59,895 bases of DNA from the NCBI GenBank assembly GCA_018711135.1, contig DVIS01000046.1, positions 1 through 59,895 of the forward strand, in the 5' to 3' direction. Each line of letters starts with the position of its first letter. Position 1 is the first letter of the stretch. Below the pieces are notes generated by a model, which had not been told where the DNA came from, ran no database searches, and saw only the letters and a list, made by a program, of their open reading frames with translations. The translations under genes were made by a program, and so were the position numbers. This DNA comes from Candidatus Onthousia faecavium (GTDB lineage Bacteria; Bacillota_I; Bacilli_A; RF39; UBA660). This document shows positions 53,242 to 59,895 of the stretch, piece by piece.

Positions 53242-55293
53242 CTACTTCAATCCTTGTTTTTTTGTCATCATCTCTAAAGTGGCTTCATTAATAGCATCAT
53301 CTAAAGTTTTAATATCATCTAATATCATACTATAACCAACGCTTGCTCCAAAATCATGTGGTAAACCTTTCATTTCTTTTTCAAGTTTATTTGTATAAGT
53401 TGCTACTTGTCTTTCACTATAACCAACAAGATAAACTAAGAATTCATTACCATCAGTTCTTATAATCTCACTATTTTCAAGTTGGGTATTAACAAGCATA
53501 GAAGCAGCCGTAACAATTAATTTATCTCCTTCTTCATGACCATAGTTATCATTTACATATTTAACATTATTAAGATCAATAATAACTACAGCTTGTGGAT
53601 AAACTTTACTAGCTTCCCATTCAGGAGCTTTTTTATTTAAGTAATTTCTATTCTTAAGTGATGTTAATAAATCTGTATACTTATGACGATCTTCTTTTTT
53701 AACTTTCTTAACTTTTCTTTTATATCTAAAATACAAATATAGAATTCCTAAAGTAATTAATGGTATTGAAACAATTAATAGAATAATTAAGAATAAGCCC
53801 ATAAAACTACTTCTTTCTAGTAATGATCTATTAATATCAACTAAACCGTTATTACGGTAATTATAATAGGAATTAGTTGTAATTATATAATTGAATAGAT
53901 TATAGAAAGTCTTATTATTATTCTTTACCATAAATTTATAATCATTCATCATATTATCTTCATATAAAACATCAAAGTCTTTAAAGGTTTGATTTTTATA
54001 TAGATTATATACCTCTTTATCAACAATAATTAGATTATCAACAGCATTTTTAACAAGGTCACTATTAGAATCATAGGTTGTAATATTACTACGACTATTA
54101 TTCTCAAAATAGTTATAAAGTGAGGTATTACCTATCATGATAATATCTTGGTCTTTTAAACTTTCAAAGGAGTTAATGATATGGTTATCGTCTCTTTTAC
54201 CTAGAACAACGTATTTTTCAACAAATGTCGAAATAGTTGGGTTATAATCAGTATTTTCACCACTAAAGTTATAGTAGTCAAAATAGATATCAACATCTCC
54301 TTTTTCAATTGCTTTTCTTAATGCTTCTTTACTAGAGTATTCTTTATAAGTAAAGGTAATATTAGTAAGTCTACTCATTCTATTTAAGTATTCACCAGCA
54401 ATACCACTTACTTTACCATCAACTAAAACCTCATATGGATAGTTAGAAACATAACCGTAAACATAGTTTTTCTTAACTAGTTCTGTTTCTTCACTAGAAG
54501 AGACATTGTTTTCAGTTAGATAATAATTAAAGTAGGAAGCATTATATTCATCTACATAGTTATTACTTTTCCATTTTTCAAAATATTTTTTTACAATGGT
54601 ATTTAGTCTAGCATCATTAGGATCATCGCTTAAAGTCAAGACAAGTTTTTTATTCATTTCTGTAAAATAGTAGTTTATATAGTAACTGTTATTTTCAATA
54701 GTTTTATCTAGATACATAATATTAGGAATGATAATCATAGAGACCTCATCACTATCTAGAGCAGCGAATAATTCATCAATTGTCTCATATGATTTAAAAG
54801 CTAAGTTACTACCTGACTTTAAGTAATAACTAATTTCAGCAGCATCACTTTTAAAAATACCAAAGGTTACATTAGAAAAATCTCTAATACTATTGATACG
54901 CTGATATTCTTTACCAATTGCTATATAACCATCTGTAGCGATTAATAAATCGTTACTAGTTAGTTCTTCTTCATTATTTAAAATTCTAAAACTATAGCTA
55001 GCTTCTTCACTTTGCTCTTCTTTTAGATAAGCTTTTTTATTAAATTCTAGACCAATATTTTGTTCAAAATCATTTAGAAAATCAAAAAATACTCCCTCTC
55101 CATTAAGACCATATAAAGGATAGTTATTAACAACACTAACATCAATCATCGTATTATTATTTTCATCTACCCACTCTTTTTCACTAACTGTTAGTGAGGT
55201 TTTAGAGTCCTCACGATTATAATATATAAAAACACCAATAAAAACGAGAGCAACAACGAGAAGTGGTAAAATTATTAAAGTTTTTTTCTTCAT
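53242..55293 (-). CDS. Membrane receptor: tandem extracellular solute-binding domains, TM, degenerate GGDEF domain
   Basis: 'D.LT.LKNRNYL', 'IIDLNNVKYVND.YGHEEGD', active-site segment 'RTDGNEF' in place of RxGGDEF. Confidence 0.8.
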   Translation of the reverse strand: MKKKTLIILPLLVVALVFIGVFIYYNREDSKTSLTVSEKEWVDENNNTMIDVSVVNNYPLYGLNGEGVFFDFLNDFEQNIGLEFNKKAYLKEEQSEEASYSFRILNNEEELTSNDLLIATDGYIAIGKEYQRINSIRDFSNVTFGIFKSDAAEISYYLKSGSNLAFKSYETIDELFAALDSDEVSMIIIPNIMYLDKTIENNSYYINYYFTEMNKKLVLTLSDDPNDARLNTIVKKYFEKWKSNNYVDEYNASYFNYYLTENNVSSSEETELVKKNYVYGYVSNYPYEVLVDGKVSGIAGEYLNRMSRLTNITFTYKEYSSKEALRKAIEKGDVDIYFDYYNFSGENTDYNPTISTFVEKYVVLGKRDDNHIINSFESLKDQDIIMIGNTSLYNYFENNSRSNITTYDSNSDLVKNAVDNLIIVDKEVYNLYKNQTFKDFDVLYEDNMMNDYKFMVKNNNKTFYNLFNYIITTNSYYNYRNNGLVDINRSLLERSSFMGLFLIILLIVSIPLITLGILYLYFRYKRKVKKVKKEDRHKYTDLLTSLKNRNYLNKKAPEWEASKVYPQAVVIIDLNNVKYVNDNYGHEEGDKLIVTAASMLVNTQLENSEIIRTDGNEFLVYLVGYSERQVATYTNKLEKEMKGLPHDFGASVGYSMILDDIKTLDDAINEATLEMMTKKQGLK

Positions 55294-55301
55294 AATTACT
55301 C

Positions 55302-55766
55302 CTATCTATCTTTTGTAAAGGTAAATCCGTCTTTATTCTGATGTTTATATCCTATGATTGGGAAACTTGCATCATCATTATCTTTTTTTATGAAAACTTG
55401 AATATCATAATAACTAGTTTGATCAGTTTCTAAAGGTTCAATTACAATACTTGTTAGACCTTTAGCTGTATCAAGAGTTACATCATCATTAACGGTTATC
55501 ATGACATTTAAAAGTCTTCCTCTTATGTCAGTACTAGCATCTTTAACACTTTCATTAGCTTTAAGGCCATCTGTAATTTCGCTTTCCTGATCACTTGTAA
55601 TTTCAACCTCTTCAATACCATCTAAGCGGTCACCATAGATAGCAGTAGCTTCAGCTGGGAAAAAGACTAGTTTAACAACAAATACTAAAATTACAAAAAT
55701 TACACACAAAATAAAGACAACAGTAGTTCTTTTATTTTGCTTAATAAATCTTTTTAAATCTTTCAT
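55302..55766 (-). CDS. Hypothetical single-TM protein
   Basis: N-terminal TM, acidic soluble domain, 'FPIIGYK' C-terminus. Confidence 0.7.
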   Translation of the reverse strand: MKDLKRFIKQNKRTTVVFILCVIFVILVFVVKLVFFPAEATAIYGDRLDGIEEVEITSDQESEITDGLKANESVKDASTDIRGRLLNVMITVNDDVTLDTAKGLTSIVIEPLETDQTSYYDIQVFIKKDNDDASFPIIGYKHQNKDGFTFTKDR

Positions 55767-55817
55767 TAAATCACTTCCTAGTATATTTATTATATAATAA
55801 TATTAAAGTATTAGCAA

Positions 55818-57236
55818 TTACTTATTTAAGGCAGAAACTAACATTTCATTAGCTTTTTTAGGGTTAACTTTACCTTTAGCAAGTTTCATTACTTGTCCCA
55901 TTAAGTATTTTAAAGCCCTATCATGACCATTTTTATAATCAGTAACACTCTCTTCATTTTCACTTAAAACTTGATTAATTATGTCCATAATAACTGTATC
56001 ATCGGTAATATTTTCAATTTGACATTTATTTTTAATTGTTGCAAGAGAATCAGTTGTTTCCATTAATAGTGGTAATATTTCTTTGATGTTTTTATTAGAG
56101 ATTGCACCAGTTTCTAATTCTTTAATAATATCTATTAAGCGTTCATAATCTAGAGCAGTATCTTGTAAGGATTTATTAGTCTTATTTAAGTATGATGAGA
56201 TATCTTCTAGTAAAAGATTAGCGGCAACTTGATAATTAGTGTCATAGTCTAGTAGTTTTAAAAAGAAACTGTTTAAAGGACGATTAGCGATTAGTTTTTC
56301 TATTTGTAAAGGAGTAAGGTTTAAAGAGGTGTATTTTTCTCTTAATTCATCTGGTAAAAGAGAAAGAGTACTTAAAGCTTCATTTATAAAAGTATCATCT
56401 AGTTCTAGATAAGGGATATCTGGTTCAATAAAGTAACGGTAGTCATTACCTGTTTCTTTAACACGCATTAAGACTGTTTCTCCTAGTTTATCATCAAAAC
56501 GTCTTGTTTCTTCTTTAATTGTTTCTCCTTTAGCAAGCATACTCTCTTGTCTTTTTATTTCTTTGTTAATAGCAAGACCAACACTATGAATTGAACCAAT
56601 ATTTTTAATTTCCGTCTTAGTACCAAGTCTATTATCTTTACTAATAGAAACATTGGCATCACAACGCATACTACCTTCTTCCATTTTGCAGTCACTAATA
56701 TTAGCATAGAAGAGAAGTTCTTTTAATTTGATAAGATAAGCAACGGCTTCTTCACTATTATTAATACATGGTTTAGTTACGATTTCTATTAGGGGAACTC
56801 CAGCTCTATTAAAGTCAAGAAGACTAACACTACCGCGATGAGCACTTTTACAAGTATCTTCTTCGATATGAATTTCTTCAATGTAGATTTTTTTCTTACC
56901 CTCTTTTGTTTCTATTTCCACATACCCATTAGTACCGATAGGAGTTCTATTTTGGGTAATTTGATAGTTTTTAGGATTATCAGGATAGAAATAGTTTTTA
57001 CGATCAAAATGCATTCTTCTTGTAATATCACAGTGTAAAACATGAGCAGCACGAATACCTTGTTTAATTATTTCTCTGTTTATCGTTGGTAAAGTTCCAG
57101 GATATCCTAAGTCAATGACATTAACAGCTGTATTAGTAGCCATTCCATAAGTATTAGCACTGTTTGAGAATAGTTTACTTTTACTTTTAACCTCTACATG
57201 GACCTCAATTCCGATGGTAGGATTATAACTTTCCAT
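55818..57236 (-). CDS. gatB: Asp/Glu-tRNA amidotransferase subunit B
   Basis: 'IGIEVHV', 'FDRKNYFYPD.PK.YQITQ', 'IHIEEDT.KS', 'DFNRAGVPLIEIVT', 'EGSMRCDANVS'. Confidence 0.98.
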   Translation of the reverse strand: MESYNPTIGIEVHVEVKSKSKLFSNSANTYGMATNTAVNVIDLGYPGTLPTINREIIKQGIRAAHVLHCDITRRMHFDRKNYFYPDNPKNYQITQNRTPIGTNGYVEIETKEGKKKIYIEEIHIEEDTCKSAHRGSVSLLDFNRAGVPLIEIVTKPCINNSEEAVAYLIKLKELLFYANISDCKMEEGSMRCDANVSISKDNRLGTKTEIKNIGSIHSVGLAINKEIKRQESMLAKGETIKEETRRFDDKLGETVLMRVKETGNDYRYFIEPDIPYLELDDTFINEALSTLSLLPDELREKYTSLNLTPLQIEKLIANRPLNSFFLKLLDYDTNYQVAANLLLEDISSYLNKTNKSLQDTALDYERLIDIIKELETGAISNKNIKEILPLLMETTDSLATIKNKCQIENITDDTVIMDIINQVLSENEESVTDYKNGHDRALKYLMGQVMKLAKGKVNPKKANEMLVSALNK

Positions 57237-58655
57237 TTAAAACACCTCCTCAAGGATACTGGCTAGTTGATAAATAGTCGCTTCATCATAACTTTTACCT
57301 ATAATATGTAAACCGATTGGTAGATTATTACTATTAACACCTACTGGTACACTTAAAGCAGGAAGACCTGCCATATTAACAGGAATAACTAAAACATCAT
57401 CCATAAAGGCTTTATGTGGATCATCTTTACTGGTTCCAAGTAGTGGTGCTACTCTTGTCGTGGTAGGTCCAATAATCAAGTCATAGTCTTTAAAGACGCG
57501 GTTAAACTCTTTGGTAATATCATCACGTATTTTTAAAGCTTTATCATAGTATATTTTAGCATTTTCGCCACTTAGGATATAAGAACCAACCATAATTCTT
57601 CTTTTAACCTCATCACCAAAGCCTTCTCCTCTTGTTTTAGCATACATTTCATCTACTGAAGAAGCATCATGCACTCTTTCTCCATAACGAACGCCATCAA
57701 ACCGGGCTAAGTTACTACTAGCTTCGGCCATAGCGATAATTTGGTAAAGATTAACAGCAGTATCTAAATAAGCCATATCAACAATATTAACTATCGCCCC
57801 TTGTTTTCTTAGATAAATAACAACCTCTTCTATTCTCGTTCTAAGTTCTTGATCAACAATATCACTGACATAAAATTTAGGTATAGCTAGAGTCATGCCT
57901 TTAATGTCTTTACCGATTAATCTCGTAAAGTCTTCTTTTTCTTTGTTTACACTAGTAAGATCTTTCTCATCAAGACCTACTAAAGCGTTAAGTAAAGAAG
58001 CATTCTCATAGACAGTTCTTGTCATTGGACCTATTTGGTCAAGGCTTGAAGCAAAAGCAACTAAACCATAACGAGAGATTCTTCCATAAGTTGGTTTCAT
58101 TCCAACAATTCCAGTATAACTAGCAGGTTGTCTAATACTTCCCCCAGTATCACTACCTAAGGCAAAGGGAACAAGATTAGAAGCGACAGCACTAGCACTA
58201 CCACCGGAACTACCACCAGGAGTTCTTGTTTTATCTTTAGGGTTTAATGGCGCTCCAAAATAACTAGTTTCACTAGTTGAACCCATAGCAAATTCATCCA
58301 TATTGACTTTACCAATAATAAGCATTTTATTATCTTTTATTTTTGCAACTACGGTAGCATCATAAATTGGGATAAAGTTATCAAGAATATGGGAAGCACA
58401 AGTTGTTCTTAAGTCTTTAGTTACAATATTATCTTTAACGGCAATAGGAAGACCAAATAAAATATTATCTGGATCAACCTCTCCTAAGTTTAAAGCTTCC
58501 TCACGCACTTTATCATTTATGGTAATAAAGGCATTTAAGTCTTTATTTTCTTCTATTCTATCTAATGATTCATTAACAAGATCAAGAGGTGTTATTTCTT
58601 TTTTTACTAATAATTCATGTATTTCTTTGATACTTAAATCTAAATATTTACTCAT
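57237..58655 (-). CDS. gatA: Asp/Glu-tRNA amidotransferase subunit A
   Basis: 'PIAVKDNI', 'PGGSSGGSA', 'LGSDTGGSIRQPA', 'EVKRRIMVG'. Confidence 0.98.
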   Translation of the reverse strand: MSKYLDLSIKEIHELLVKKEITPLDLVNESLDRIEENKDLNAFITINDKVREEALNLGEVDPDNILFGLPIAVKDNIVTKDLRTTCASHILDNFIPIYDATVVAKIKDNKMLIIGKVNMDEFAMGSTSETSYFGAPLNPKDKTRTPGGSSGGSASAVASNLVPFALGSDTGGSIRQPASYTGIVGMKPTYGRISRYGLVAFASSLDQIGPMTRTVYENASLLNALVGLDEKDLTSVNKEKEDFTRLIGKDIKGMTLAIPKFYVSDIVDQELRTRIEEVVIYLRKQGAIVNIVDMAYLDTAVNLYQIIAMAEASSNLARFDGVRYGERVHDASSVDEMYAKTRGEGFGDEVKRRIMVGSYILSGENAKIYYDKALKIRDDITKEFNRVFKDYDLIIGPTTTRVAPLLGTSKDDPHKAFMDDVLVIPVNMAGLPALSVPVGVNSNNLPIGLHIIGKSYDEATIYQLASILEEVF

Positions 58656-58941
58656 TTATCATCACCGGTACTTCTATAAAATTTCCATTTTTGCAAGGTG
58701 TATTAGCAAGAGCCTCTTTAGCACTTAACATTTCTCCAACCTCATCTTCTCTTAATCTTGCCTTGTCTTTTATTGGGGTATACATCATTTCTTCATCATA
58801 GCCTTTAACATCTTTTATTTTATCTATATCATCCATTAAAACTTTAAGCCCACTTCTAAACTTTTCTATTTCTTCTTCGGTTAAGGAAATACGAGCTAGA
58901 TGGGCAACATGTAGTACTTCTTCTTTACTTAATTTATCCAT
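58648..58941 (-). CDS. gatC: Asp/Glu-tRNA amidotransferase subunit C
   Basis: 'EEVLHVAHLARI', 'LREDE', 'F..VP'. Confidence 0.95.
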   Translation of the reverse strand: MDKLSKEEVLHVAHLARISLTEEEIEKFRSGLKVLMDDIDKIKDVKGYDEEMMYTPIKDKARLREDEVGEMLSAKEALANTPCKNGNFIEVPVMINE

Positions 58942-59107
58942 AATATCTTCCTTTCCTTCTTCGTATTATATCACAGATTCCTCGTTAAAAAAAGTAATAG
59001 TATTAATTGTATTATCTATTACTTAAAGTTATTATTTTCTATTTTGTCAGTCATAAAGTTTAACACAACTTTTTCAGAACAAATGAAACAAAATTTATTT
59101 TGTTTCG

Positions 59108-59238
59108 CTCCTTGTCGTTACCTCCAAGGCTTCCTACTTCACAGATAGAGTACCCTCTATTCTCCATAGGCTTAAATTCCGACAGTCGCCGCCGTACTTT
59201 TTTGCTCTTTATTCATTCATTTTAATCTTAAACATTAT
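59108..59238 (-). ncRNA. Right end / omegaRNA-like scaffold of the tnpB element
   Basis: 'GTACGGCGGCGACTGTCGGAATTTAAGCCTATGGAGA...GAAGTAGGAAGCCTTGG...CAAGGAG' directly 3' of tnpB, resembling IS200/IS605/IS607 3' ends as recalled. Confidence 0.55.
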
Positions 59239-59895
59239 TTAATTTTGATAGTGTAACTTTAATCCTTCAAATAAGATATTTATACTAGCATTTATATCTC
59301 TATCTAACTCTCTTCCACAACTTTGGCATTTATATTCTCTTATACTTAAATCTTTTAAACTTGCGTCTTTTTGTCCACAGTAAGAACAAATCTGACTACT
59401 TGGATAGTATGTATCTATTTTATAGTAGAATTTACCTTGTAATTTACTCTTCCATTCTAGTAAGCTACATAATTTGGAAAAGCTGGCATCTAAGATGTAT
59501 TTTGCTAGGCTTTTATTTTTACTCATCTCTTTTTTATTACGATATCCTCTTATATCAACTAAAACTAATTTAGGGAGTTTTATTTGTCTTTTTTCTAAAT
59601 CAATCTTTATATTGCTATAAATATTATTTTTATAACTACTTACAATACAGTTAGTTTTATAACTTTGATAAGATCTTTTAGCTTTAAAAACAGGATAGTT
59701 ACCTCTTTTAGAAATTCATACTCATTATTTAGTACTTTTAAATCTTTACATAAGCAGGAAGATTTCTTAAAGCCATTATTCTTCTGATAATCTAGAAAAT
59801 GGTTATAAATCAATCTAACACAACCAAAAGTGTTTATGAATTAATACCTTTTGATTAGCTGTTGGATATAGCCTAAACTTATATGCTTTATATGA
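59239..59895 (-). pseudogene. tnpB: Decayed TnpB (RNA-guided nuclease) with frameshift and internal deletions; runs off the window end
   Basis: N-terminal SYKAYKFRLYPTANQKVLIHK/TFGCVR..YN; intact C-terminal 95-aa ORF with zinc ribbon (CSYC, CQSC) and 'DRDINASINI'. The RuvC-I region is missing between 'IRGYRNKK' and 'EMSKNKSLAK'. Confidence 0.88.

Noticed and set aside
1-59895. CRISPR array, tRNA or rRNA genes, reverse transcriptase, integrase or prophage genes
   Set aside because: I saw no regularly spaced direct repeats, cloverleaf or rRNA-like GC-rich tracts, and no RT (YxDD) or recombinase motifs. The DGR idea therefore cannot be confirmed within this window.

Overview
AT-rich chromosomal window from a low-GC Bacillota (Firmicute), with most genes on the minus strand. 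The gene content (gerE, gerM, spoIIIAH, cotE, murC, mltG, sortase B, gatCAB, rplS, rpsP) suggests a reduced-genome, spore-forming Bacilli lineage such as RF39; this taxonomy is inference only. Housekeeping blocks alternate with accessory DNA: an IS200/IS605 tnpA end inside a KilA-N pseudogene, a frameshifted cutA, an apparently intact IS1634, two related decayed tnpB elements and a probable 6S RNA. The top finding is a pair of paralogous ~600-aa exported proteins with a shared N-terminal module and different lectin-like C-termini. Each is preceded by a homologous unannotated leader ORF containing a poly-G tract, followed by a terminator-like hairpin. Only one tract-length class (mod 3) carries the ribosome to a stop codon inside the hairpin; the other two frames stop within a few codons. 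Copy 1 (G10) is in frame and copy 2 (G9) is out of frame, which predicts a slipped-strand, phase-variable leader-peptide attenuator. Two unannotated loci with type I toxin-antitoxin architecture and a shared promoter motif were also found. All family assignments come from motif recognition; no database searches were run.
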